A DNA stretch of 32,000 nt, taken from the NCBI GenBank assembly GCA_963692945.1, contig OY843585.1:390001-422000 (forward strand), read 5' to 3'. A program made the translations under genes and the position numbers. Shown here in pieces: positions 1 to 9,305 of the stretch. Origin of the DNA: Bdellovibrionales bacterium. GTDB taxonomy: Bacteria > Bdellovibrionota > Bdellovibrionia > Bdellovibrionales > UBA1609. Within the stretch, counting starts at the first letter, position 1. Each line of letters begins with the position of its first letter. The notes under the pieces are model-generated. The model was not told the DNA's origin and ran no database searches. It saw only the letters and a list, made by a program, of their open reading frames with translations.

Positions 1-2460
1 TTCTGCCCAGTCTAAAAAAGGATTATGAGATTCCATTTTTTTAGGAATAGAAATCCCTAAATACTTTCTCAGTTCTAAATTGAATTTTGTAAGAATAGAT
101 CTTCTAGCATGTTCAACCTTTGGATAAGCAAGGGATTTAGAGTTTTTAACAGATAGGATAGAGGAGTTAGGTTTTAAGTTTATAAATTGTAAATTTACAA
201 TTTGTTTTTTTAAATGATCCATTTTTTGATTTTGTTCTTTTTCCCATTGAAAGAAAGGATTCTCTTTTTGATTTAAAGTTTCTTTAGAGAAATTTAAATC
301 CTGAGCCAATTCTACGACTTGATTTTTAAGATCTTCTTCCCATTTTTCAGAGATGGAACTTGTGCAGGCTAAAATTCTTCTCACACCGGATTGAACTCCT
401 GTTTCCATAATGATTTTAAAGTCTTTGATCTCTTGAAGATTTTTAACATGAATACCACCACAGAGTTCCTTAGAGGTGTTTTTTCCAATCTGAATCACAC
501 GAACTTCATGATCATAGTTTTCTCCTCTAAGGGAGAGAGCTCCTTCTTGAAGGGCTTGTTTGTAAGGGAGGAATTTAAAAGAAACCTCCTCTTTATTTTG
601 AATTTTCTCACAAATATCCTTTTCAAGAATCTCTAATTGTTTTTCTGTTAAGGGTTGAGCTTGAGTGAAATCAAATCTTAAGTAGCCGGGTTCCACAAGA
701 GAGCCAGCTTGTCGGACAGTGTTGCCCAGCAGTTTTCTTAAGGAACTGTGTAAAAGATGAGTGGCAGAATGACTGGTAGAAATGAGAGAGCGAAATTCAG
801 AATTGACAATGAGTTTGCAAGAAGAGTTTTGATTTAAAGTTCCCTCAAGCACTTTTATTTTGTGAAAGATGATCTTATTTTTTTTAAGAGTGTCTAAAAT
901 TTCAGCTTCTCCTGTATCTGTTTTTAGGAGACCTCTATCTCCAATAGGACCTCCTCCTTCAGGGTAAAAACAGGTTTTTTCAGTTACCAACCATCCCATT
1001 TTATTTTTTTCTATTTTTTTAACTTCTGAAAAAGATTCTTCCTCTTGAAAAAGAAAAAGAATAGAAGATTCTGCTTGGTCTTTTTCATAACCTGTAAACG
1101 AAGTTTCTTGATGGGTAAGGGTTGGGTTAAAGTTTTTCATAAGACTTTCTAAATGGTTTTTTTCTAAACCCAAAGAGGGTTTTTGATTTTTTTCTAAAAG
1201 AGATTTTTCTTTTTCAAAAGTTTTTTCGTCTATGATTTGACAATGGTTTTCTTTTACAATGAGACGAGTGAGATCAATAGGGAAACCATAAGTGCTATAG
1301 AGATCCCATGCTGTTTTAAAATCTATAAAAGAGTTAGGTGAGGATTTGATTTTTTCTTTTAGTTTTTTACGACCAATTTCTAAACTTTTAGAAAAACGAT
1401 GAGTTTCTTCATCAATCAAAGAGAGAATAAGAGACCTTTCTTTCTTTAAATAAGGATAAACGGATGACATAAGTTCTATCGTTTTCTCCGTGGCTTTTTC
1501 AAGAAGATTGACTTTGGGATTTAATTTTTGATTGTAATAAAGAGCTCTTCGCATGATTCTTCTTAGAACATAATTGGAACCGTCGCTTCCTGGGATCACT
1601 CCATCACTTATGAGGAAAGAAAGAGCACGACTGTGATCCGCTATCACACGGAAGGCCATTTGTTCTTCTTTCAATTGATGCTCCAAAAAATTATATTGAT
1701 AGGGTGAGTGTTCTTCTAAAGATTGAATGATTTCCTTGAATGAATCGGTGTTATAATTGCTTTTTGTTTTTTGGACAAGACAGGTTAATCTTTCTAAACC
1801 CATACCTGTATCCACACAGGGTTTAGGCAGTGGTTTTCTTTCTTGTGTTTCGGTGTCATAAAATTCCATAAAAACAAGGTTCCAAATTTCAATAAGATCC
1901 TCAGGGTTTGGTTTTTTTTCTTTGCCATTGTAATAGTGAATCTCTGAGCAAGGACCACAAGGACCCGTATCTCCCATTTGCCAAAAATTACTTTTTTTTC
2001 CTAAGCGTAAAATTTTGTATTCAGGGATGTGGATATGATTTTTCCAAAGTTCATAAGTCTCCTCATCTTCTTCAAAAACACTGACCCATAAATGGTCTTC
2101 TGAAAAGTGAAGCTCTGTGACTAAAAATCTCCAAGCCAGTTCAATTGCTCTTTTTTTAAAATAATCTCCAAAGGAGAAGTTTCCCATCATTTCAAAGAAA
2201 GTATGATGCCAAGGGGTTTCTCCCACATTTTCTATATCGTTATGCTTTCCTCCCGCTCTAAGACATTTTTGAATGGTTGTTACATTCAAATCTTTAGGAG
2301 ATTCTAAACCTAAAAAAATATTTTTAAATTGATTCATCCCTGCATTTACGAAGAGAAGGGTAGGATCATTTTGTGGAATTAAAGAGGAACTTGGTAACCA
2401 TTTATGGTTTTCATTTTGAAAAAAACGAAGAAATTTTTCCCGAATTTGAAAGCTAGTCAC
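1..2460 (-). CDS. alaS: alanine--tRNA ligase, 3'-partial (820 N-terminal codons; the C-terminus lies left of the window)
   Basis: Missing from the ORF track because it is open at the window edge. My translation from GTG at 2460 reads VTSFQIREKFLRFFQNENHKWLPSSSLIPQNDPTLLFVNAGMNQFKNIFLG..KCLRAGGKHNDIENVGETPWHHTFFEMMGNFSFGDYF, the class II AlaRS core. The same frame was spot-checked at ~1560 (RIMRRALYY) and ~468 (ELCGGIHVKN..GVRRILACTS). Confidence 0.93.
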   Translation of the reverse strand, partial: MTSFQIREKFLRFFQNENHKWLPSSSLIPQNDPTLLFVNAGMNQFKNIFLGLESPKDLNVTTIQKCLRAGGKHNDIENVGETPWHHTFFEMMGNFSFGDYFKKRAIELAWRFLVTELHFSEDHLWVSVFEEDEETYELWKNHIHIPEYKILRLGKKSNFWQMGDTGPCGPCSEIHYYNGKEKKPNPEDLIEIWNLVFMEFYDTETQERKPLPKPCVDTGMGLERLTCLVQKTKSNYNTDSFKEIIQSLEEHSPYQYNFLEHQLKEEQMAFRVIADHSRALSFLISDGVIPGSDGSNYVLRRIMRRALYYNQKLNPKVNLLEKATEKTIELMSSVYPYLKKERSLILSLIDEETHRFSKSLEIGRKKLKEKIKSSPNSFIDFKTAWDLYSTYGFPIDLTRLIVKENHCQIIDEKTFEKEKSLLEKNQKPSLGLEKNHLESLMKNFNPTLTHQETSFTGYEKDQAESSILFLFQEEESFSEVKKIEKNKMGWLVTEKTCFYPEGGGPIGDRGLLKTDTGEAEILDTLKKNKIIFHKIKVLEGTLNQNSSCKLIVNSEFRSLISTSHSATHLLHSSLRKLLGNTVRQAGSLVEPGYLRFDFTQAQPLTEKQLEILEKDICEKIQNKEEVSFKFLPYKQALQEGALSLRGENYDHEVRVIQIGKNTSKELCGGIHVKNLQEIKDFKIIMETGVQSGVRRILACTSSISEKWEEDLKNQVVELAQDLNFSKETLNQKENPFFQWEKEQNQKMDHLKKQIVNLQFINLKPNSSILSVKNSKSLAYPKVEHARRSILTKFNLELRKYLGISIPKKMESHNPFLDWAE

Positions 2461-2702
2461 AATAAAAATAAATATACCTTAAAAAAATGTGGGATTCAAA
2501 GATAGATTTAAAGTTTTTTTGATTTTCAAAGGTGTTCAAAGTTTAGGGCGTAAATTTTATAAAGAATTTGTAAAAACTCTAGAAACAAGGATGGAACACT
2601 TTACAAATTTATAACGAATCATCAGTGGTTTCTTCCTAGTGTATAGAAAAACGAGGAATGCTTTTTTTTATTTTGCGAATTAGGAATTTTTTAAGTCAAA
2701 CT

Positions 2703-3146
2703 TTAGAGCATTCCTTTTGGTAGAACTTCTCTAATGATCTCTTTTTCAAAACCTCTATAGAGGAGAAACTGTCTAGCCTTTTGAAGGTCTTCTAAATTGT
2801 CAAATTCTATCTTTAGGAATTTTTTTAAAAGCCATTGACGACTTTTCTCTATTTCTTTTTCTTTGTTGTATTCTGGTAGAGGTAAGCCTTTTTTTTCTAA
2901 ATGATTTTTGATGTAGTGCCAGCTTTTATTTTTTTTATGAAGAGTGGTTGTGATTTGTTTAGATAAGATCTCTTCAGACTCTAGCCATTTTTTTTCCTGA
3001 GCGACTTTTAAAACTTGAGCCACAGTCTTTGTGGAGTATTTTAAAGAAAGCTTTTGTTTCAACTCTTTTAAGGAGTGAAGTCGTTTGCTTAAAATAGAAG
3101 AGGTGTTTCTTAGAGCTTTTTTAAATTCTGAATTTTGATCTTCCAT
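2703..3146 (-). CDS. recX: recombination regulator RecX
   Basis: 147 aa, helical-repeat protein of RecX size. It ends with ARQFLLYRGFEKEIIREVL, typical of RecX, and sits next to alaS as in many recA-recX-alaS neighbourhoods. Confidence 0.7.
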   Translation of the reverse strand: MEDQNSEFKKALRNTSSILSKRLHSLKELKQKLSLKYSTKTVAQVLKVAQEKKWLESEEILSKQITTTLHKKNKSWHYIKNHLEKKGLPLPEYNKEKEIEKSRQWLLKKFLKIEFDNLEDLQKARQFLLYRGFEKEIIREVLPKGML

Positions 3147-3173
3147 TAGAAAAGAGATTCTATTGTTAAAAAG

Positions 3174-4370
3174 TTAAAAAGTCTTTTTTATTTTTAATTT
3201 TTGAAAAGCCTCTTCCATAGCAGGAAGGTTTTCTTTTATGTTGGGGGTTCCTAACTTAAGGGTGCCACTGTTGTTATCGTTGTTGTGTTCAAGCCCTTCA
3301 AAATACAGTTTTAATTTTTCAGGAGAATAACTGGCTTTCAAAGCCGTTTCTTGAGTTATCAAATCTTCATTTGTCAATTCTATTAAATGTTGGTTAAAAG
3401 ATTGCATTCCCCAAGCTTTTTTACTTGTTTCTATAATTTCATAAAGTACAGAGGTGCTCTTTGTTTCGTCTTCTAAAATAGACCTGACTCGTGGGTTGTT
3501 GTAGAGAATTTCAACAGCAGGAATAAAACCGTTACCATCTTTTTTAAGAAGTAGTTTTTGACAAATGACAGCTCGTAGAGAAGATGCAAACTCCATTCGT
3601 ATCTGTGTTTCTTTTCCCTTTTCAAACATACCTAAAACTCTATTTACAGTTTCTGCAACATTATTTGTATGGAGAGTAGAGATAACTAAATGTCCTGTGT
3701 TAGCGGCATTAAGAGCTGTTTCTGTAGATATTTTATCTCTTAACTCACCAAAAAAAATAATATCAGGGTCTTGACGAAGACAGGATTTTAAAGCCATTTC
3801 ATAATCTATATAATCTGTTCCTAACTCTCTTTGAGTGATAAGACTTTTACGATCTTGAATTAAAAATTCAATCGGATCTTCAATAGTGAGGATATGCCGG
3901 CTTTGAGTTTTATTGATGTGGTTTAACATAGATACAACAGAGGAGGATTTTCCATTTCCTGTAGAACCTGTTATAAGAATCAAACCATCTTGATGTTTTT
4001 CCACCAAACTTTTATAAGCATCAGGAAGAGATAAATCTTGAAAAGTAGGTATTTTGAATGGAATATTACGAGCCACCAATCTCAAAGTGCCTCTTTGATA
4101 AAAAACATTAAACCGGAAACGACCTAACTCAGGGATTCCATAACTGAAATCCAATTGTTTATCTTCTGTAAGTGTAGATTGGTTGAAAGGTGTTAAAATT
4201 TTACTGATAGCGACTTTAATATCTTGTTGAGTCAAACAAGGGTAATCTTTAAATAAAAGAACAAGGGAATTGTTTTTACGAACGATAGGAGGAGCTCCTA
4301 CTTTTAAATGAAGGTCGCTAGCGTTTTTTTCAACCATAACCTGAAGACATTTTTTAAGGTCAAGTGCCAT
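3174..4370 (-). CDS. pilT: PilT/PilU-family type IV pilus retraction ATPase
   Basis: Walker A GSTGNGKSS, DPIEF, Walker B/Asp box LRQDPDIIFFGELRD and His box GHLVISTLHTNN. At 398 aa it is longer than canonical PilT, so PilU or another paralog is possible. Confidence 0.85.
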   Translation of the reverse strand: MALDLKKCLQVMVEKNASDLHLKVGAPPIVRKNNSLVLLFKDYPCLTQQDIKVAISKILTPFNQSTLTEDKQLDFSYGIPELGRFRFNVFYQRGTLRLVARNIPFKIPTFQDLSLPDAYKSLVEKHQDGLILITGSTGNGKSSSVVSMLNHINKTQSRHILTIEDPIEFLIQDRKSLITQRELGTDYIDYEMALKSCLRQDPDIIFFGELRDKISTETALNAANTGHLVISTLHTNNVAETVNRVLGMFEKGKETQIRMEFASSLRAVICQKLLLKKDGNGFIPAVEILYNNPRVRSILEDETKSTSVLYEIIETSKKAWGMQSFNQHLIELTNEDLITQETALKASYSPEKLKLYFEGLEHNNDNNSGTLKLGTPNIKENLPAMEEAFQKLKIKKTF

Positions 4371-4528
4371 ATTTTATTTATCGGAAAAAATCAGGCTCAG
4401 ATTAAATAAGATATGAATTTTAAAAATCTTAAAATAGGGCTGATAAATCCCTTTTAAGAGACACAAAAAGGTCTAAATGAGGTCTTGTTTCTTATCTAAA
4501 AATACAGCAAAATGAGTTCAAAGTAATT

Positions 4529-5014
4529 ATGTCTTCTCTACCTCTTGAACTTTTGGAAACTTTACAAGGAATTTTTCAAAAAAAAGAAGAAACTCTATCG
4601 GTTGCTGAAAGCTGCACGGGGGGGTTGATATCCTATTGGTTAAGTCATCTTCCAGGGGCTTCAACCTATTTTAAAGGTTCTGTCGTCTCTTATAGTGTGG
4701 ATGTTAAGAGAGATCTTTTGGGTCTCAATTCAGAATTTATAAAAAAAGAGGGAGTTATCAATGAAGAAAGTGCTAGAAATATGGCTCAAGGCGTTAAAAG
4801 CCTTTTAAAAACAAACTGGAGTTTGTCAGTAACCGGCATAGCAGGTCCGTATGTCGGTCATTTTGGAGAACCAGTTGGTCAAACAGCTTTTGCAGTGAGT
4901 TCTTCGTTTGCAACTAAAAGTTGTATAAAACATCTAGAAGGAAAAAATCGTGAGGAAATTAGGCATCAATCTGCACTTTTTGCTTTAGATTTTTTAGTTT
5001 CTGAGGTGAAATAA
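4529..5014 (+). CDS. pncC: CinA C-terminal domain protein / nicotinamide-nucleotide amidohydrolase PncC
   Basis: 161 aa with the LSVAESCTGGL motif and GIAGP, typical of the CinA/PncC domain. It lies immediately upstream of recA, the classic cinA-recA arrangement. Confidence 0.85.
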   Translation: MSSLPLELLETLQGIFQKKEETLSVAESCTGGLISYWLSHLPGASTYFKGSVVSYSVDVKRDLLGLNSEFIKKEGVINEESARNMAQGVKSLLKTNWSLSVTGIAGPYVGHFGEPVGQTAFAVSSSFATKSCIKHLEGKNREEIRHQSALFALDFLVSEVK

Positions 5015-5046
5015 CAAGACAAAGATAAAAGTCATAAGGAGGCAAA

Positions 5047-6111
5047 ATGTCCACAGTAGAAAATAAAGAAAAAAATAAAGCTTTAGATCTAGCTATCTCT
5101 TCTATAGAAAAGCAGTTTGGTAAAGGATCTATTATGAAACTAGGAGAGGGAAAGTCTCCTTACGATAAAGTTCCTGTTTTTAGTACAGGGTCTTTAAGTT
5201 TAGATGAAGCTTTAGGGATTCAAGGGTTACCTCGTGGGCGAGTTGTTGAAATTTATGGACCAGAAAGTTCAGGTAAAACAACTTTGGCTTTAAGTACAGC
5301 GGCTCAAGCTCAAAAGGCTGGTGGGACGGTTGCTTTTGTAGATGCTGAACATGCTTTAGATGTAGGTTATGCTGCAAAACTTGGAGTGAAAGTTTCTGAT
5401 ATGCTGATCTCTCAACCTGATACAGGGGAGCAAGCTTTAGAAATTACAGAAACTCTTGTTCGTTCAGGGGCTGTAGATGTTCTTGTTGTTGATTCGGTTG
5501 CGGCGTTAACGCCTAAAGCAGAAATAGAGGGAGACATGGGAGATTCCCATATGGGTTTGCAAGCTCGTTTAATGTCTCAAGCTCTTAGAAAATTAACTTA
5601 CACAATATCTAATACAAACACTTTGGTTATTTTTATTAACCAAATTCGTATGAAAATAGGGTTGGTTTTTGGAAATCCTGAAACGACAACAGGGGGTAAT
5701 GCTTTGAAGTTTTATTCCTCTATTCGTTTGGATGTTCGCCGAATTGCTAGCTTGAAAAAAGGAGATGAAATCATTGGTAATAGAACTTTGGTTAAAGTTG
5801 TAAAAAATAAAATGGCTCCTCCTTTTAAAAGAGCAGAGTTTGATCTTCTTTACAATGAAGGCATAAGTCGCTCAGGTGAACTTTTAGATTTAGCTCTTCA
5901 AGCAGGAGTCATTGAGAAGTCAGGGGCTTGGTTTAGTTTTGAAAATGAGAAAATAGGTCAAGGTCGTGAAGTGGCTAGGCTTGCTATTAAAGAAAATAAA
6001 GATTTAAGAAATAAGGTCATTAAACTTTTGGCAGATAAGAAACGGCAGAGTGCGGTGCCTTCTAAGAAGGAAGCCGCTCAATCTACGAAAACACCTGCTA
6101 AAAAACATTGA
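5047..6111 (+). CDS. recA: recombinase RecA
   Basis: [20 protein letters not shown], Walker [19 protein letters not shown] and [26 protein letters not shown]. Strong SD AAGGAGG upstream. Confidence 0.98.
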   Translation: MSTVENKEKNKALDLAISSIEKQFGKGSIMKLGEGKSPYDKVPVFSTGSLSLDEALGIQGLPRGRVVEIYGPESSGKTTLALSTAAQAQKAGGTVAFVDAEHALDVGYAAKLGVKVSDMLISQPDTGEQALEITETLVRSGAVDVLVVDSVAALTPKAEIEGDMGDSHMGLQARLMSQALRKLTYTISNTNTLVIFINQIRMKIGLVFGNPETTTGGNALKFYSSIRLDVRRIASLKKGDEIIGNRTLVKVVKNKMAPPFKRAEFDLLYNEGISRSGELLDLALQAGVIEKSGAWFSFENEKIGQGREVARLAIKENKDLRNKVIKLLADKKRQSAVPSKKEAAQSTKTPAKKH

Positions 6112-6125
6112 CCTGATTTTTATAA

Positions 6126-6160
6126 GAGGGAATTAAAAACTCCCTCGTTTATAGTTTTTT
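6126..6160 (+). terminator. putative rho-independent terminator after recA
   Basis: Stem gaggga (6126-6131) / tccctc (6141-6146) with a 9-nt loop, followed by gtttatagtttttt. Confidence 0.4.
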
Positions 6161-6234
6161 AGTGTTCGTTTTTAGCATTTGTTTTTAAAAGGGCTTTCTA
6201 TTTTAACTTTTGTTGGTATCAAGTTTTTTAAAAA

Positions 6235-6687
6235 TTATTTCTTTCGTAGTTTTTTGAAGAAATCTATTAAAATTTCAGAGCATTGTTCGCTTTGTATTCC
6301 ACTTGTTATTTTTAATTTGTGATTCCAAGCAGGGTTTTTTGTGAGTTGGTAAAAAGAATCAAAGCCCTTTTTAGTGTCTTTACAGCCGTAAATTAAATGA
6401 GAGATTCGTGCTTCTAAAATAGCTCCTATACACATCAAACAGGGCTCTAAAGTGACATAAAGAGAGCAATCCTTTAAACGCCAACTGGAAATCTGTTTAG
6501 AAGCCTGTTGAATAGCTTCTATTTCTGCATGTCCGAGTGGGTTTTGCTGGCTTTCTTTTTTGTTAAAAGCTTTTGCTAAAATTTGTCCTTCTTTTAGGAT
6601 GAGAGCACCTACGGGAACCTCTTTTTCCTCAAAAGCTTTTTGAGCCAAATTTAAAGCTTGATCCATATAAAAAATATCGTTTTTCAT
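6235..6687 (-). CDS. tadA: tRNA adenosine(34) deaminase TadA
   Basis: 150 aa with CMP/dCMP-type zinc deaminase motifs HAEIEAI and PCLMCIGAI. N-terminal MDQALNLAQKAFEEKEVPVGALI is typical of TadA. Confidence 0.9.
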   Translation of the reverse strand: MKNDIFYMDQALNLAQKAFEEKEVPVGALILKEGQILAKAFNKKESQQNPLGHAEIEAIQQASKQISSWRLKDCSLYVTLEPCLMCIGAILEARISHLIYGCKDTKKGFDSFYQLTKNPAWNHKLKITSGIQSEQCSEILIDFFKKLRKK

Positions 6688-6734
6688 AGTTTTTTCCTAA
6701 ATTGTTCTAGCAAAGAGATAAAATCTCAGCTTTC

Positions 6735-6763
6735 TTGTCTAAAATGAAAGATTTTGTTATATA
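6735..6763 (+). promoter_or_regulatory. putative sigma70-type promoter of the rpsU operon
   Basis: -35 TTGTCT (6735-6740), 17-nt spacer, extended -10 TGTTATATA (hexamer 6758-6763), about 35 nt upstream of the rpsU start. Confidence 0.35.
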
Positions 6764-6799
6764 TGTAGGTCTGAAGTCAACGAAGGGAGGTGATTTTTT

Positions 6800-6994
6800 A
6801 TGCCAAAAATAAAATTAAGAGAAGGTGATAGCTTAGAATATGCTCTTCGTAGATTTAAGAAAACTTGTGAAAAACTGGGTATTTTATCAGAAATAAAAAA
6901 ACGAGAATATTATGAAAAACCTAGTATTGTAAAAAAGAAAAAATCTATCGCGGCTAGAAAACGATCCAACAAAAAAGTAAGTCGCAGAGTTTAG
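6800..6994 (+). CDS. rpsU: 30S ribosomal protein S21
   Basis: [42 protein letters not shown] plus a basic tail; SD GGGAGGTG upstream. Confidence 0.95.
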   Translation: MPKIKLREGDSLEYALRRFKKTCEKLGILSEIKKREYYEKPSIVKKKKSIAARKRSNKKVSRRV

Positions 6995-7020
6995 TGTTAC
7001 TTTAGAAAGAAGGTCTTCTT

Positions 7021-7476
7021 ATGTCTGCCCAAGAAAAAATTTTAAAAGATATAAAGAGCAGTGTAAAAAATAAAGAGAAAAAAGTACTAAAAGTTTTGCG
7101 ATTTTTACAGGCTGCTATTAAAAATAAAGAGATTGAGTTACGTCCTAATCCTTTAAAGGATGAAGATGTTCTGGCTGTTATCAAAAAACAAGTGAAACAG
7201 ATTCAAGAATCTATAGAGTGTTATAAAAAAGCGGAAGGACATCAAGAACAGGTAGAGGAAGAAGAGTATAATCTTTCTGTTGTGAGAAAATATCTTCCTG
7301 AACAAATCTCAGAAGAAAAGATTAAATCTATTGTTCAAGAAGTTATTAACGAGTTGAAGCCTGAATCCATGAAAGATATGGGTTCCGTAATGAAGGCCTC
7401 TATGGCAAAAGCAAAAGGTGGAGCGGATGCTAAACTTTTGTCTCAAATTGTGAGAGATCATCTTCAAAATTTATGA
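7021..7476 (+). CDS. yqeY: GatB/YqeY domain-containing protein
   Basis: 151 aa; L.AAIKNKEIE and the MGSVMKASMAKAKGGADAKLLSQIV tail are typical of YqeY. It sits between rpsU and dnaG. Confidence 0.85.
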   Translation: MSAQEKILKDIKSSVKNKEKKVLKVLRFLQAAIKNKEIELRPNPLKDEDVLAVIKKQVKQIQESIECYKKAEGHQEQVEEEEYNLSVVRKYLPEQISEEKIKSIVQEVINELKPESMKDMGSVMKASMAKAKGGADAKLLSQIVRDHLQNL

Positions 7477-9269
7477 GTTATTTTTCAGATGATTTTATTC
7501 AAAGAGTCCGATTGGCATCAGATATTATTTCTCTCATTGGAGAAGATGTAACTTTAAAAGGTCAAGGTGATCGTCACACAGGTCTTTGCCCCTTTCCCGA
7601 TCACACCGAAAAGACTCCTAGTTTTTTTGTTTCTTCTAGTAAACAAGTTTATCATTGTTTTGGTTGTCAAAAATCAGGTAACATTTACACCTATCTTAAA
7701 GAATTAAGAGGAATGAATTTTGTGGAATCAGTCCACTACCTTGCTCGCCAAGCCCGTATAGATATTCCTACCAGTTACGAGAAAAAAGGACAGGATGTAA
7801 CTGGAGAGTTATTTAATCTGAATGAAAAAGCTTGTCAGTTTTATCAAAAAAAACTTTTTGAATGCTCTATGGATTCTCCAGTTTGGAAGTATTTAAACAA
7901 AAGAGGTTACAGTAAAGAAACAATTAAAAAATTTCGTATAGGTTATGCACCCAAAGGTAAAACCTTGTTAAGGTCTTTAAGTGGTAAGGAACAAAATCAA
8001 GCTGTTCATCTTGGGTTGCTTGCCAAAGATCAAAGTGGAAATGGTTATGATAATTTTCGTAATCGCTTGATTTTTCCTATCGTTTCAACGCGTAAACAGG
8101 TGATAGGTTTTGGAGCAAGAGCCTTAGATGATTCTCTTCCAAAATACATTAACTCAAAAGAGTCTAAAGTTTTTTATAAAGGAACATCTTTTTATGGATT
8201 AAATGAATCGGCTAGATACCTTAGGCAAAAAGGGTTTCTTATTATAGTAGAAGGTTACACCGATTTTTTATCTTTATGGCAAGAAGGGTTTCAAAATATT
8301 GTGGCCACTTTAGGAACAGCTTTAACAGAAGATCATGCCAAATTATTAAAACGATATGTTGATACTGTCATTGTTGTTTTTGATGGAGACGATGCGGGTC
8401 TAAAAGCAGCTGAAAGAAGTCTCCCTCTTTTGCTTTTACAATCTTTAGAGGTCAAATCTATACTCTTACCTAATAAACAAGACCCGGATAGTTTCATCAA
8501 GGAATCAGGAAGAGAATCTTTTGAAGCTCTTTTGAAAAAGAGTAAAGATTTATTTTTTCAAATCTTACAGAGAAAGCAAGTGGAATTAAAAACTCAAGGA
8601 AGGTCTTTGATTTATCTTTTAGAGGAGATGCTCCCTTTTTTAGAATCGACTGCGAAGGAAACCTTAAAAGTTATTTACAAGCAGAGAACTTTAGATTTAT
8701 TTGGAAGTGATAAGAAATCTATGGAAAGAGTATTAGATAAGTTTTTGAAAAACTCATCAAAAACTTTTTCCCATCAACGAAGATCTTCAGAAAATTCAGA
8801 AAAAAAGACTGCTATTGAAAGATTTTCACTTTCTAAAGCCTTAGAGGCAGAACGTCTTTTGCTTGTATTATGTTTGGATTCTCAAAGTTTTCTAGATTTA
8901 TTTTTGAAAAAGTCAGGCATGGAGGTGTTAAAAACTAAAGAGATTATTGCTATTTTTGAAAAAATAGAGACTAGATATAGACAAAAACCTAAAGATTTTG
9001 ATAGAATTCTTCCTGATATTATGCATGAATTGTCTGATAATTTCCTCCTTCTTAAACAGTCTTATCCCGTCTTAAATGGGGCAAAAGAGGAAGATAAAGA
9101 GAAAGTTTTTCAAGATAGTTTATCTTTTCTTAAAAAGAGACAAATATCTGCTAAAGTTCATCAGGTGATTTCAGAAATTAAAATGGATGACCAAGAGGAT
9201 ATGAAACAATTAGAAAAAGTTTTTCAACTCACTAAAGAGAAACTTCGTCAGAAAGATTTTTCTAACTGA
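7473..9269 (+). CDS. dnaG: DNA primase DnaG
   Basis: Zinc ribbon CPFPDHTEKTPSFFVSSSKQVYHCFGCQKSGN, RNRLIFPI, and TOPRIM motifs EGYTDFLS and VFDGDDAG. 4-nt ATGA overlap with yqeY. Confidence 0.95.
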   Translation: MSYFSDDFIQRVRLASDIISLIGEDVTLKGQGDRHTGLCPFPDHTEKTPSFFVSSSKQVYHCFGCQKSGNIYTYLKELRGMNFVESVHYLARQARIDIPTSYEKKGQDVTGELFNLNEKACQFYQKKLFECSMDSPVWKYLNKRGYSKETIKKFRIGYAPKGKTLLRSLSGKEQNQAVHLGLLAKDQSGNGYDNFRNRLIFPIVSTRKQVIGFGARALDDSLPKYINSKESKVFYKGTSFYGLNESARYLRQKGFLIIVEGYTDFLSLWQEGFQNIVATLGTALTEDHAKLLKRYVDTVIVVFDGDDAGLKAAERSLPLLLLQSLEVKSILLPNKQDPDSFIKESGRESFEALLKKSKDLFFQILQRKQVELKTQGRSLIYLLEEMLPFLESTAKETLKVIYKQRTLDLFGSDKKSMERVLDKFLKNSSKTFSHQRRSSENSEKKTAIERFSLSKALEAERLLLVLCLDSQSFLDLFLKKSGMEVLKTKEIIAIFEKIETRYRQKPKDFDRILPDIMHELSDNFLLLKQSYPVLNGAKEEDKEKVFQDSLSFLKKRQISAKVHQVISEIKMDDQEDMKQLEKVFQLTKEKLRQKDFSN

Positions 9270-9305
9270 TTTTATTTTTTAAAGTAAAAATACTGGAGTG
9301 TAATT

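Noticed and set aside
391-636. 81-aa plus-strand ORF from the ORF track
   Set aside because: It lies entirely antisense within the alaS reading frame, which translates here into conserved AlaRS sequence (ELCGGIHVKN..GVRRILACTS). It is low-complexity with no SD. Shadow ORF.
3565-7184. ORF-track entries 3565-3774 (+), 5180-5377 (-) and 7002-7184 (-)
   Set aside because: Each is antisense to a confidently identified gene (pilT, recA, yqeY) and has no motifs. Typical shadow ORFs in AT-rich DNA.
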